Shown here in pieces: positions 30,498 through 40,148 of a DNA stretch of 64,000 nt (position 1 is its first letter; each line of letters opens with the position of its first letter). A program made the translations under genes and the position numbers. Below the pieces are notes generated by a model. The model was given only the letters and a program-made list of their open reading frames with translations. It had not been told where the DNA came from and did no database searches. Source of the DNA: Thermoproteota archaeon (GTDB lineage: Archaea > Korarchaeota > Korarchaeia > Korarchaeales > Korarchaeaceae); the NCBI GenBank assembly GCA_027492205.1, contig JAOZFN010000017.1, positions 105,116 through 169,115 on the forward strand, in the 5' to 3' direction.

Positions 30498-31028
30498 ATG
30501 AGTGGGCCCCCCTACCCCCGGCGCGTGCCTAAAGAGGCTGCGGTGGCCATTGTAATCGCCGAGGTACGCGGATCTCCGTCCGTCCTCCTCGTCAGAAGGG
30601 CCAAGATGGGGGGCGATCCCTGGTCTGGAGACGTGGCGCTTCCGGGAGGGAGAAAGAAGGGCTCCGACCCAAGTCTGCTGGACACGGCTATCAGGGAGTG
30701 CGCGGAGGAGACGGGAGTCGATCTTTCGGGGCTGAGGCCCGTGATTACTCTCGGCCCCTTCAGGTCTCAAGCGGATCCCGAGATGCTGGTGTGGGCGTTT
30801 GCCTTCACGCCCCCTGGGGCTCCGAAGGTCGCGCCCGGAGAGGAAGTTGAGGAGGCGTTCTGGGTGCCCCTTGCAGAGTTGAACGAGTCCAAGGGGGCGG
30901 CGAAGGTGAAGGGGAGGACCGTCGAGGCCTACTTATGGCGCGGGAGGGTGATATGGGGCCTGACGAAGCGGATCCTCGACCGTGCCCTCCCCCTCCTCTC
31001 CCAGCTCGGCCGTGGCAGGCCCGGCTGA
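30498..31028 (+). CDS. Nudix hydrolase, CoA pyrophosphatase-like
   Basis: DPWSGDVALPGG, TAIRECAEETG (Nudix box), VIWGLTKRIL. Confidence 0.9.
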   Translation: MSGPPYPRRVPKEAAVAIVIAEVRGSPSVLLVRRAKMGGDPWSGDVALPGGRKKGSDPSLLDTAIRECAEETGVDLSGLRPVITLGPFRSQADPEMLVWAFAFTPPGAPKVAPGEEVEEAFWVPLAELNESKGAAKVKGRTVEAYLWRGRVIWGLTKRILDRALPLLSQLGRGRPG

Positions 31029-31032
31029 CAGC

Positions 31033-31871
31033 CTACCTGACGATCCCGCCGTACGTGATGACCTCGATCCCCCTGGACTCCAGCTCTTCTATGAGGGGGT
31101 TTATCCCCACCGAGTCGGAGGCCACGTGGCCGGTTACTATGAGGCTCCCCCTAGCGCCCGACTCCCTGAGGGCCCTGGGGTCCTCAGGGCCCTGGGGTCC
31201 TCCGGCTCTAGGTGGATGTAGATGACGGTGTCCACGCCGTGCTCGAAGTACGCCCTGGCCACCCTGTGTCCCCCGCTCGTGAAGGCGCCGTGGGCGACCA
31301 CCGCCCTCTTGACCTCGGCCGACTCCTCGCCTAGCGCGAGGAATATGGGGGTCTCCGCAAGCTCGAACTCCCGCAGCTGGGAGAGGGCATGCACGAGATC
31401 CCCCACCGTGAGTCTGCCCGTGGCCATGACGCCGTCGACGACCTCCTGCATTATCCTCCGGCCCACCTCGTCCAGCGGGCAGTGTATGTTCATGTACCCG
31501 ACCCCCAGGAGGCTGGCTACCGACGGGGCGAGATCGTGGTTCTTCTTGTGGTCGACGAGCCTCAGAGCCTCGAACTTCTCCCTCACGGCCTCTCTAGCCA
31601 CGTCCTCCGGAACTCCAGCCTTCACCATGATCTCCACGTGCCTCAGAAGGACCTCGTGGCCTCTCACGGCGGCGCTTCCGCCCTCGGGGTGATGAGCAAT
31701 GGCCAGGTCGCACCCAAGCTGCCTGGCCAGGAGCAGGCCGGGGACGCCCACGTCTATGCCAAACAGGACTCTCTTCACGTCTTCCTTGGGGACGTATATC
31801 TGGGAGTCGGCGGGCACCTGGTCGAAGCCGGCCAGCTCAAGGGCCAGAGACATGATCTCCTCTGTGTTCAT
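31033..31871 (-). pseudogene. Nif3-like dinuclear metal protein, frameshifted by a 17-bp tandem duplication
   Basis: GIDVG, IAHHP, MNIHCPLDE, AHGAFTSGG. Deleting one repeat copy restores ...LRESGARGSLIVTGHVASDSVGINPLIEELESRGIEV...VR* (stop at 31033). Confidence 0.82.
31169..31202. repeat. Perfect 17-bp tandem duplication AGGGCCCTGGGGTCCTC x2
   Basis: Exact adjacent copies at 31169-31185 and 31186-31202. Confidence 0.92.
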
Positions 31872-32526
31872 CGAGACACCTCGAGGTCTAGAACTGGGTA
31901 GATAAATCTCTGGCCTAGCCGTGAGGCGGGACTCCGGTGGGGTCGCCGCGATGCAGCTCACATCACGCCTCAGTCCCGGGTAGTCCGGCTCATCCCCCAG
32001 GGCCCGACGGCCGGGCTAGTAATATGTGCGTGGCAGCCTCACTCAGTCTATGTTGGTGGCCATCGGGCCACCAATTCCGCCGAGGATCGCCCCGACGATG
32101 GCTCCACAGGTCAACCCGGAGAGTAGGGCGAAGGCGGAGACAAACCAGAGCGCTGGGTGCAACACGAGGGTCAGACCCCGTGCCGCGAAGAGCCCCCGGT
32201 GCTGACCAGCCCGCCGATGACCGCGCCGTGGCCGCCCCCCTTTGCCCCCTGGGGATCCCTCGAGGAGTACCCAAACCACCAAGAGAAGTGGGCCGTAGAG
32301 GAACCCGCTGACCATGGCGCCCGACGGCCCGAGTTCAGGCAGTGTTCCTAGCGTGGAGCCCACCCCAAATGAGAGCGGCGAGTAATTGCGCCTTGTCGAG
32401 TACGGATAGGTGACTACCCAGCGGCATGGCTCCCGAAGTGAGTCCATAGAGCGGTAATGAATCCGGGCGGGGCCAGGCGCCACGCCTTGCTCAGTTTTAA
32501 TATTGCCTGGGAAGTCGGGATTCACA

Positions 32527-33450
32527 ATGTCCTCGGAAGACGCCATTAAGGAGAAGATTAGAAAGCTCGAAGAGGCCCTCATGGAGGGCAGGATAAGCGA
32601 GGAGACTTACAGGGAGCTGAAGGCGAAGTACGAGGCCGAGCTCGAGAGGGTTAGGTCTGGATGGGTCGAGGTTGGAACCCCGGCCGCCGCCCCAGGAGCC
32701 CCCGCTGCTCCGAAGGTGAAGGCGGAGGGCCTTGGAGACCTCTTCAACAAGGCGCTGGACTTCGTCAAGGCCAACCCCGTGGTGCTGGTGCCGCCGATCC
32801 TTGCCGGCATCCTGGCCGCATTCATCATGGCGGGCGTCGGCATCTCGGCATTCGGGATGATGGGCCTCGGCGGGCTCGGCGGTCTGGGAGGGCCAAAGCC
32901 TGTGCCTCCAGGCCCCGGGTACCCCCCCGAGGTGTCACCCTCCATCTACGGGTTCGTGGGCCTGGCCATGCTCGGTATGATCGTCGTCATGATAATCCAG
33001 CAGATCTTTAACGGGTGGCTCATCGCCATGGTCGAGCAGGGCGTCAAGGGTAAGACCGTCGACCTCGGGACCTCGTTCAACGAGGCCATGTCGAAGGCCG
33101 TGCCCATCATCGTGGCCTCGATACTGGTGGGCGTGATAGTCGGCATAGGCTTCATCCTCTGCGTCCTGCCCGGTCTTGTGGCGGCCATCCTACTCGCGCT
33201 GACCTTGCAGGCCGTCGTCATAGACGACTACGGGCCGGTGGACGCGCTTAAGGCGAGCTACAACGTCGTCAAGGAGAACTTCATCGAGGTCCTCATAGTG
33301 GTGATCGTCGCATTCATCGCGGAAGCGATCGTCGGCATCATCCCCTACATCGGCTTCATACTGTCGGCGGCCGTCGGTGGGTTCTTCAGCGTCCTGCTGA
33401 CACTGCTGTACATGGCCAGGAGGCCCGCCGAGGCTCAGGTCACCTTGTAG
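32527..33450 (+). CDS. Membrane protein with N-terminal SHOCT-like domain and a DUF975/GDPD-membrane-like domain
   Basis: KIRKLEEALMEGRISEETYRELK; GFILCVLPG...GPVDALKASYNVVK; about 6 TM. Confidence 0.75.
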   Translation: MSSEDAIKEKIRKLEEALMEGRISEETYRELKAKYEAELERVRSGWVEVGTPAAAPGAPAAPKVKAEGLGDLFNKALDFVKANPVVLVPPILAGILAAFIMAGVGISAFGMMGLGGLGGLGGPKPVPPGPGYPPEVSPSIYGFVGLAMLGMIVVMIIQQIFNGWLIAMVEQGVKGKTVDLGTSFNEAMSKAVPIIVASILVGVIVGIGFILCVLPGLVAAILLALTLQAVVIDDYGPVDALKASYNVVKENFIEVLIVVIVAFIAEAIVGIIPYIGFILSAAVGGFFSVLLTLLYMARRPAEAQVTL

Positions 33451-33463
33451 GCTCGAGGTCTCG

Positions 33464-33483
33464 CTCCTTCCCCTCTTTTTATT
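33464..33483 (+). terminator. U-rich terminator-like tract
   Basis: CTCCTTCCCCTCTTTTTATT directly after the stop codon. Confidence 0.4.
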
Positions 33484-33510
33484 GCCTCCGGGTGCTCGAG
33501 GGGATGGCGA

Positions 33511-33822
33511 ATGCCACCGTGGAGACAGAGGAAGTGGCTCATACTGCTGTCCGCCGGATTGCTGGCCTTCGCCACGCTGGTCCCCATGAGTCCGGGTCAG
33601 GAGGAGCTTCCGTTCCCCTGGTTCAAGTGCCCCTACAGGCAGCTGACCGGGAAGCCCTGCCCCCTCTGCGGGTCGACCAGGGCATACATACACGCAGCCC
33701 ACCTGCACCCAGAGGATGCCCTGGAGCTGAACCCCGTCGGGCTGATCGCCTACTTCGCGACCTGGGGCTTCCTCTCCTACCACGTAGTCAAGTACATTCG
33801 GGAGCGCCGCGAGGCCGGGTAG
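33511..33822 (+). CDS. DUF2752 family membrane protein
   Basis: CPYRQLTGKPCPLCGSTRA...ALELNP. Confidence 0.88.
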   Translation: MPPWRQRKWLILLSAGLLAFATLVPMSPGQEELPFPWFKCPYRQLTGKPCPLCGSTRAYIHAAHLHPEDALELNPVGLIAYFATWGFLSYHVVKYIRERREAG

Positions 33823-33993
33823 GTTGAGCGGTCTGCTCCAAGTTCCACTCACGTCTGAGCTTGCGAATTACCCCCCATCTGCTGGAGGGGCCTCTGGACC
33901 TTAGAAAGGTGTCCGGCGGCCTAGACGTCCCCTGGCCTTGGAGAGACGGACACGAGCCGCCCCCTCCTCGCTGAAGCCTGCGCCCCGCTGGAA

Positions 33994-34076
33994 CGCCAGC
34001 CTGAAGCCAGCTCCGAACTCCACCCCTTCGCGCCTGGTGTCGCCAATGTCAGCCTGGCCATCTCCCCCTCCAGCCC
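33994..34076 (-). pseudogene. Isolated degenerate copy of an internal aroC segment
   Basis: Aligns nearly base for base with 48405-48488 (GLEGEVARLILAIPAAKGVEFGAGFRLA), with about 10 substitutions and a 1-nt deletion. Confidence 0.82.
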
Positions 34077-34368
34077 AGACTGGGGGGCGTCTTCTTACCC
34101 TCCAATGAGGGAGGAGCCGGGCATTCGGAGCGAGACTTTGCCGAGCCAGCCGTGAAAAGGTACTCACGGTGTCAGGGGACTGCCGCCCCTCCTAAGGTCA
34201 TGAAGACTACAGATAAGAGGGAGGTCTCGGGCACATCGGGTTTAACGACGGGAGAGCAACCTTTGTCCACGTGCCTCGAGCCCCGGTAGTCCCCTCACCC
34301 GGATTTTCTCTTTTTCTTCTTTTTGGGAAAAGTATTTGTAAGTAAAAGTCGGATAGAGAAGCCTGACC

Positions 34369-34830
34369 ATGCCCAGAGCTACCCCGGCGCATGGCCTGTT
34401 GAGGCACGAGATATTCCTGGCCTTCCTCCTCTACGGGATTGTGGTCGGCCCTTGGAGCGTCTGGTGGTGGGGCACGGGGGTATGTGCCATCATTCCGGCC
34501 AACATCCCCGGGGTTCTCTTGGGGGACTGGCTGTACGACCTCTCGGTGAAGTGGCTGGGGGACCCTAGTTCCCCTTTCGCTCACTACACGATTCCCACTC
34601 CCCTCAGGATCCCTCAAATCTACGTAGTCTCCTCAATCCTCTTTTGGGCGCCGTTCGGGGCTGCCCTCCAGATCCTGCGGGACTGGGTCTTTCCCAGGTT
34701 CATGAGCCCCAGGGGCCTCGCATCGCTCATGAGGGTGATCCGCCTGGCGATTGCTCTCACCCTCGGTCTCACGCTGATCTGGACGCTTGACATCCTGCTC
34801 CCCGCCCCCACGCCTAGTGGCATCTCCTAG
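34369..34830 (+). CDS. Hypothetical membrane protein
   Basis: 153-aa ORF with 3-4 hydrophobic segments; AT-rich promoter-like tract at 34305-34350. Confidence 0.55.
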   Translation: MPRATPAHGLLRHEIFLAFLLYGIVVGPWSVWWWGTGVCAIIPANIPGVLLGDWLYDLSVKWLGDPSSPFAHYTIPTPLRIPQIYVVSSILFWAPFGAALQILRDWVFPRFMSPRGLASLMRVIRLAIALTLGLTLIWTLDILLPAPTPSGIS

Positions 34831-34863
34831 CGGGCCACCCATCGGGGGGACTCCCAACTCAAC

Positions 34864-35340
34864 ATGGGTAGTGGGGTTATTATCCCGGCACGCCCCTCCA
34901 CCTGTGTGGGCTGGGGGAATGATCCGGCGTTCTTCTACATTTGGCTAGCTCTGCTTCTCTTTATGGCCCTAACACGCCTGACGGTTGAGCTGAACTCGGC
35001 GGGCCGTCCCCACCTAATCATCTTGGATGCGGCCTACGAGCTGACTACCCTTCTCCCCATCTACCCCATCGTCGCGACGGCGGCCTGCCTCTCCCGCCCG
35101 ATTAGAGGGAGACCTGCGACCGCATTCATTCTCGGTTTCCTCACGGTTTCCCTACTTCCCTCTAGCTGGCTCGGTATCAGGAGGCCATACGCCATGCTGG
35201 GCCTAGTCCCTGCCGTCCTCTTTGGCCTAGGGGCCGCCACCCTATCCACGTCGCAGAACCCGCTTGACAACAGGGCCCTCTGGGGCTACCTACTCCTGTT
35301 CCTAATGTGGTGGTACTGCGTCAGCCTCCTGGTGGACTGA
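34864..35340 (+). CDS. Hypothetical membrane protein
   Basis: 158-aa ORF with about 5 hydrophobic segments; no family recognised. Confidence 0.45.
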   Translation: MGSGVIIPARPSTCVGWGNDPAFFYIWLALLLFMALTRLTVELNSAGRPHLIILDAAYELTTLLPIYPIVATAACLSRPIRGRPATAFILGFLTVSLLPSSWLGIRRPYAMLGLVPAVLFGLGAATLSTSQNPLDNRALWGYLLLFLMWWYCVSLLVD

Positions 35341-35495
35341 GGTTAGATTGACCCCTCCATCGCGTGTGGGCCTCTCTAGGACCTCTGAGGGCCCTCAGCA
35401 CGCTACGAAGTCGTGGGTGCGTCAACTCGGGGATCGTGTTCGTATCCGTCAGTCCGGCGTTGATCTTGGGAGGGTAGAAAGCCCCTCGCGCGCTC

Positions 35496-35942
35496 CTACT
35501 CTCGCTCCAGGGAACTCCTGCGTTCTTCCTCCAACCTCAGCAGCCTCTCCACCTTGCCCAGGTACCTCGCCACCTTAACCGCAAGAGGTGAAACTTCAAT
35601 GAGCTTGTCTCCGCGGCACACAAGGTGTTTCACGCTCAGGTCTCCACTCTTTGTGACCTTGACAGCCTCTTCCGCGGCGTGGTGCAGCTGGACGCAGTGG
35701 GGGCTCCCGTCCACCGTGAGGATCGTCAGCTCTTTCAGACTCACCCTAGCCAGTATCGAGGCGAGCTTCAGGGAGATCACGTTGATGTGGTCCCTCTCGG
35801 GACAGGCCCACGTCACGACCGCCTCGTTGCCAAGACCCTCGATTAGGTCTGGCCTTTCCACCTCGAGGCACTTTCCGTACACTATCAGCCTCCGGCGCTC
35901 TCGGAGGAGGCGAGAGGAGGCGTTAAGGGATAGCAGGTCCAT
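35496..35942 (-). CDS. Small Cys/His protein of the archaeal iron-sulfur cluster-binding ('4Fe-4S ferredoxin'-annotated) family
   Basis: YGKC...WACPE..H.N...KLASIL...LTVDGSPHCVQLHHAAEEA. Confidence 0.7.
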   Translation of the reverse strand: MDLLSLNASSRLLRERRRLIVYGKCLEVERPDLIEGLGNEAVVTWACPERDHINVISLKLASILARVSLKELTILTVDGSPHCVQLHHAAEEAVKVTKSGDLSVKHLVCRGDKLIEVSPLAVKVARYLGKVERLLRLEEERRSSLERE

Positions 35943-36321
35943 CGATCTTCCACCACGGCGGCAGAAAAAATATGCACGTTGGCCCCCAGATTGTGGGAAG
36001 ACGAGCTTGCCACAGCGTCCCAGGGGTCACCGGGGGGAGGACCGCAGAGCGGCCTGTGGCACGAGGACTGCGAAACTTGCAGGTCACGGTTTTCCCCTGC
36101 CGCGTGTTTGGCGGATCCGTTGAGCTGGGTGAGAGGGGCTTTCCATCCTCTTCGCATTGAAGCGGCCATTCTACCTCCCAAGCATTTACTCGGGGGACAA
36201 GAACCCGCTGAAGATGATGAGGGATGACCTCAGCCTGCTGAGGAACACCCCTGCTCGGGGTGACTCTCCGGACCGTTCCTCTTGCTCTCTGTGGTTCCCT
36301 CGTCCAGAAATGTTGTGTAGA

Positions 36322-36334
36322 TTATAATTTATAA
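36322..36334 (+). promoter_or_regulatory. TATA box/probable autoregulatory operator of vapBC
   Basis: TTATAA-T-TTATAA (two palindromic hexamers) about 26-38 nt before ATG 36360, consistent with a leaderless transcript. Confidence 0.6.
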
Positions 36335-36359
36335 CCTGTCATTTGTGGGTATTCGTGCG

Positions 36360-36560
36360 ATGGCCAAGACCATCCAGGTGAGGGAGAGCACTTACAGGCT
36401 GCTCGAGAGGCTCAAGAGGAGGATGAGTGCCAAGAGCTTCAACGAGGTCATAGAGAGGCTCGCCATGAGAGAGCTGGAACTGAGTGACGACATGTTCGGC
36501 GTCGACAGGGGGAGGCTGCCGCCGTTCAGGCCGGAGGACAGGGTGGAGGACAGGTGGTAG
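36360..36560 (+). CDS. vapB: VapB-family antitoxin
   Basis: MAKTIQVRESTYRLLERLK...SFNEVIERL; overlaps vapC. Confidence 0.88.
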   Translation: MAKTIQVRESTYRLLERLKRRMSAKSFNEVIERLAMRELELSDDMFGVDRGRLPPFRPEDRVEDRW

Positions 36561-36958
36561 TCTACGACACCTACGCCTGGGTGGAGTACTTCAGGGGGAC
36601 GGAGAAGGGGGCCATGGTTAGGAAACTCCTCGAGACCGAGGAGGGCCTCACACCCGCTATAGTGCTGGCGGAGCTCGCGAGGAAGTACGTCAGAGAGGGC
36701 TTCTCCGAGAGGGAGGTCAGGAGAAGGCTGGAGTTCGTCGAGGCCAAGACCGCCAGGGTCGATGTCGACGCGGATCTCGCCCTGACGGCCGCTGAGCTGT
36801 ACCTGAGGCTCCTGGAGGTGGCGAGAGAGAGGAGTCTCAGGTCGCCCAGCCTAGCAGATGCTATAGTTTACGCTTGCGCCCTCGTGAGGGGGGACATGCT
36901 GGTTACAGGAGATCGGTTGTTCAGAGACCTGGACTCCGTGGTATACATCGGAGACTGA
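36554..36958 (+). CDS. vapC: VapC PIN-domain toxin
   Basis: VYDTYAWVEYF, IVLAEL, SLADAIVYA, LVTGDRLF. Confidence 0.92.
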   Translation: MVVYDTYAWVEYFRGTEKGAMVRKLLETEEGLTPAIVLAELARKYVREGFSEREVRRRLEFVEAKTARVDVDADLALTAAELYLRLLEVARERSLRSPSLADAIVYACALVRGDMLVTGDRLFRDLDSVVYIGD

Positions 36959-37396
36959 TCTGCCCTGTTCTCCACTCCTGGCGGCCTCCCTCTGACTGAC
37001 CCCACCCAGACACGTGCGTATGCTTAAGTGGCTGAGGGTCAGTCCCTTGCAAAAGTGCCGTGAGAATGAACTGCGTGTGTTACTTTGTACCCAGTGCTTT
37101 GTCTCGCGCGATCCCAGTGAGCAGGAGGCACGGGGCAGATTAGGTTATCCAAACCCGGGGGCGACTTTACTGTCCGAGGATCGCACTCACTTGTAGGCTA
37201 CCCCCTCTTCCCCGCCTGGTGGTATGGCCTAAGCATCACAGGGAACTGAGCTGATATCTGTTCAATGTATCGATTTGAGGAGGCTCTAGCCCCGAGCATC
37301 GTTTGGAACTCCGCTCAATCTGCGCCAAGCGACGGTCGCCGGATCGGCTTTGAAAGCAGCTTGGGTGATAATAAGGGGACCCACGCACACGAGGGG

Positions 37397-37777
37397 GTGG
37401 GGACCCTGAGGCGGACGGTCAGCACAGGTCGCGCGCCCAGGCCGGTTGGACCGTATTCACAGGCAGTGGTGGCTGGAGGACTCGTGTTCGTCTCCGGTCA
37501 GCTGGGCATCGACCCAGAGACCGGGAAGCTCGAGGATGGAATCGCTAAGCAGGCGGAGAGGGCTCTGCTCAACGTCAAGGCCATTCTCGAGGCGGCCGGC
37601 TCCTCACTGGACAGGGTGGTCAAGGTGACTGCGTTCTTGGCGAGCCCGGAGCTGTACGGCGAGTTTAACGAGGTCTATTCGGGGTTCTTCAGGGAAGACC
37701 CACCGGCCAGGTCGGTGGCCTTCTGCAGACTCCCCAAGGGGGCGCTGGTCGAGGTGGAGGCCATCGCGATCATCTAG
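37397..37777 (+). CDS. ridA: RidA/YjgF family enamine deaminase
   Basis: APRPVGPYSQAV, FVSGQLG, FNEVY..FF..PPARS, LPKGALVEVEAIA; start uncertain. Confidence 0.92.
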   Translation: MGTLRRTVSTGRAPRPVGPYSQAVVAGGLVFVSGQLGIDPETGKLEDGIAKQAERALLNVKAILEAAGSSLDRVVKVTAFLASPELYGEFNEVYSGFFREDPPARSVAFCRLPKGALVEVEAIAII

Positions 37778-37786
37778 GTGTAGTCC

Positions 37787-38512
37787 GTGCCCGCGAAGAT
37801 CCGGGTCCTCTGGCTGGAAGAGCCCATCTCGGCAGCCCTCGGGCTGGCGCTGGAGGAGGCCCTGGTCAGGCGAATAGATGAGGGAAGCTCTGGCCCCGTC
37901 GCACTGGTCTGGCGGGCCCGACCGGCCGTCGTGATTGGAGTGAACCCCAAGACGCTCGAGGAGGTTGACCTCAAGACGGTCAAGATGCTCCAGATTCCGC
38001 TCCTGAGGAGAGAGAGTGGCGGAGGGGCCGTCTACCTCGACCCAGGGTGCCTCGTGTACTCGGTGCTCACCCAGAGGGGCTCCCTACCAGATACAGCCGA
38101 AGAGAGGTACGGGCTCCTCTCCTCAGGCCTAATCAACCTACTCGCTGACCTGGGGCTGACGCCCGAGTTCCGCGACCTGGGCGTGTGGGTTAGCGGTAGG
38201 AAGGTGTCCGGGACGGCGGAGCGGGTGCTCCGCACAGGCATCCTCCACCACGGAACGCTTCTGGTCTCATCAGACCTCAAGACGCTCGAAGCCGTACTGA
38301 CCAGGCCCAAGGCGCCCGTTGCAAACCTGAACGACCTGCTGGGAGGGATAATCCGTCTAAGAGAGCTGGCGCCTCGCCTAGCGGAGAGCGTGGCGCTGGC
38401 GCTCGGGCAGCCGGTGTGGAGCTCCCTCACGACGGAAGAGCTCAAAGCAGCCGAGGCCCTGCTTCCCAAATACCTAAAGGGGGTTGAGCTCCCCTACAGC
38501 GCCCCACGGTAG
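37787..38512 (+). CDS. lplA: Lipoate-protein ligase A family (catalytic domain only)
   Basis: RRESGGGAVYLDPG, GRKVSGTA, LHHGTLL. Confidence 0.88.
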   Translation: MPAKIRVLWLEEPISAALGLALEEALVRRIDEGSSGPVALVWRARPAVVIGVNPKTLEEVDLKTVKMLQIPLLRRESGGGAVYLDPGCLVYSVLTQRGSLPDTAEERYGLLSSGLINLLADLGLTPEFRDLGVWVSGRKVSGTAERVLRTGILHHGTLLVSSDLKTLEAVLTRPKAPVANLNDLLGGIIRLRELAPRLAESVALALGQPVWSSLTTEELKAAEALLPKYLKGVELPYSAPR

Positions 38513-39084
38513 CTGGAGGTGGCCGGGCAGCCTATGCAGGTCCCCTGGGAATACCTCGCGCAGGACCCGCACTCGGCCCCGCAGGGAGCCACCTCCAAAT
38601 CCCCACCTACGGGGGGCTGGATGGGGGCGAATCCACCGACCATCTCACCGACCTCCACCTCCGACTTCCTGACTTCGGGCCTCGTCCTCACAGAGCAGCA
38701 GGTCAGGATGCTCTTGAGAACCGCGTCGTTCTCGGCGTACATCAGTATGATCAGGCTGTAGTCGCCCATCGACTCCATCATCCAGATGGTCCGAGGGCAT
38801 TTCGCGTACAGACCCTCGAGCCTCTCGAGTTCGGCGTACCCTGGAACCTCCACCTTGACCAGCGCGAGCTTGTAGCCCAGCTTGCTCAGATTCACCTCGG
38901 GAACCAGCCTGTACTCTCCCCTCGCGACCAGCCTCCTTAGCCTCTTTCCGACCGCCACGTGAGTGACTCCCTCGACCCTCGCCAGTTCAGTCAGCGAGAA
39001 CCGGCCCCGCCGGATCCCGATCTCCCTGAGCCTGGCCACCAGCCGCAGATCTCTCGAGTTCACGGCCTCTCCGGGGCTGCTCAT
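38494..39084 (-). CDS. Lrp/AsnC-family regulator with a C-terminal Cys cluster (putative Fe-S/Zn site)
   Basis: N-terminal HTH (SLTELARVEGVTHVAVGKRLRRL); RAM domain with CPR and GDYSL; CC; PCGAECGSCARY..TCIGCP. Confidence 0.85.
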   Translation of the reverse strand: MSSPGEAVNSRDLRLVARLREIGIRRGRFSLTELARVEGVTHVAVGKRLRRLVARGEYRLVPEVNLSKLGYKLALVKVEVPGYAELERLEGLYAKCPRTIWMMESMGDYSLIILMYAENDAVLKSILTCCSVRTRPEVRKSEVEVGEMVGGFAPIQPPVGGDLEVAPCGAECGSCARYSQGTCIGCPATSSYRGAL

Positions 39085-39109
39085 TTGGTAATAATCATTC
39101 TAACTTTTG

Positions 39110-39124
39110 GTTTCAAAACGAAAC
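39110..39124. promoter_or_regulatory. Palindromic operator GTTTC-N5-GAAAC (copy 1) overlapping the regulator's TATA region
   Basis: GTTTC-AAAAC-GAAAC, 26-40 nt upstream of ATG 39084. Confidence 0.65.
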
Positions 39125-39175
39125 GGAGGGCGAGGCCGCTGGAGCCCCTGAGTCGGAGAGCCCGTTCTCAAGAGA

Positions 39176-39976
39176 TCACCAGAGCCTCACGCCGAAGTAG
39201 GAGGCGATGTACTTGAGGGACACGTACAGGAAGTACGCCCCGAAGAGCGCCTTCAGCGTCGCCGGCCTGACTCTCTTGATCGCCCTGGCTCCCAACTGGG
39301 CCCCCACGACCGTGCCAGCGGCCAGCGGAAGGCCTATCCCCAGCCTGACGAAGCCCTGACTCAGCTTGATCAGTCCGCCAACGACCGCCAGAGGGATCAT
39401 CGTGGAGAGGGACGTCCCCATGGCCAGCTTGACGGGCGCGTGGAACAGATAGATCATCCCCGGCACGAGGGCGTACCCGCCCCCCAGGCCCACCAGCCCG
39501 GTCGTCACCCCTATCGCAAATCCAAACAGGGCCTTTGGGGCTGCAGCCCCGGGGATCCCCTCCGTCTCACTCTTCGCTGAGACCGACGCACCTCTGAGTC
39601 CTGATATCCCCTCGTAGAACATCCTCAGGGCGGGCAGAAGGAAGACGGCTCCCAAGATCAGGTTGAGCAAGCTAAGCCTCGTCCTAGCGATACCGGTGAA
39701 GATGTAGGACCCTATGAGCACCCCGACGGTCCCCGCTCCGCCCATAACCGCGGTGGTGCCGAGGTCCAGATTCCTGATCCTGAGGTGGCCGTAGGCCCCG
39801 GAGAGCGTTGTGAACATCACCGCGAAGAGGGTGGTGCCGATCGCGAGCGTCGGCGGCAGCCCCATGTAGAAGTCCAGTATGGGTAGCATCACGCTGCAGC
39901 CGCCCGTCCCGATGAGCCCGCCGAGGGTGCCCGCGGCTACCCCGACCAGCAGCGCGACGACCTCTTGAGCGCCCAT
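39176..39976 (-). CDS. TauE/SafE (TSUP) sulfite/oxyanion transporter
   Basis: GLIGTGGCSV..P, AIGTTL, GLVGLGGGYALVP, AMGTSL, GAQLGAR; two-fold repeat of 4 TM. Confidence 0.92.
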   Translation of the reverse strand: MGAQEVVALLVGVAAGTLGGLIGTGGCSVMLPILDFYMGLPPTLAIGTTLFAVMFTTLSGAYGHLRIRNLDLGTTAVMGGAGTVGVLIGSYIFTGIARTRLSLLNLILGAVFLLPALRMFYEGISGLRGASVSAKSETEGIPGAAAPKALFGFAIGVTTGLVGLGGGYALVPGMIYLFHAPVKLAMGTSLSTMIPLAVVGGLIKLSQGFVRLGIGLPLAAGTVVGAQLGARAIKRVRPATLKALFGAYFLYVSLKYIASYFGVRLW

Positions 39977-40021
39977 GCCGGTCCCCAGGGCCCCCATTTT
40001 GGAACATCTAAAAGCGTGGGA

Positions 40022-40036
40022 GTTTCACTTCGAAAC
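40022..40036. promoter_or_regulatory. Palindromic operator GTTTC-N5-GAAAC (copy 2) just upstream of the tauE TATA box
   Basis: GTTTC-ACTTC-GAAAC; minus-strand TTTTAGA at about 40007-40013, about 30 nt before ATG 39976. Confidence 0.65.
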
Positions 40037-40148
40037 TACGGCCCCCAGGGGGCCCCTCGCTCGGGGGATGGGCGGCCGCCGAAGTTCCCGGAACTCCAGG
40101 CGGCTGGCGGACTGGCCGAGAGCCAGTTCAGCCGACCGGATGAGGTGG

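Noticed and set aside
32043-32450. Hydrophobic minus-strand ORF divergent from the SHOCT gene
   Set aside because: No credible start, and the hydrophobic segments are interrupted by an off-frame-looking stretch; may be a decayed membrane gene but no family is recognisable
35885-36181. 98-aa ORF as a frameshifted N-terminus of the Cys/His protein
   Set aside because: The downstream gene looks complete from ATG 35942, and the upstream ORF has atypical codons and no motif
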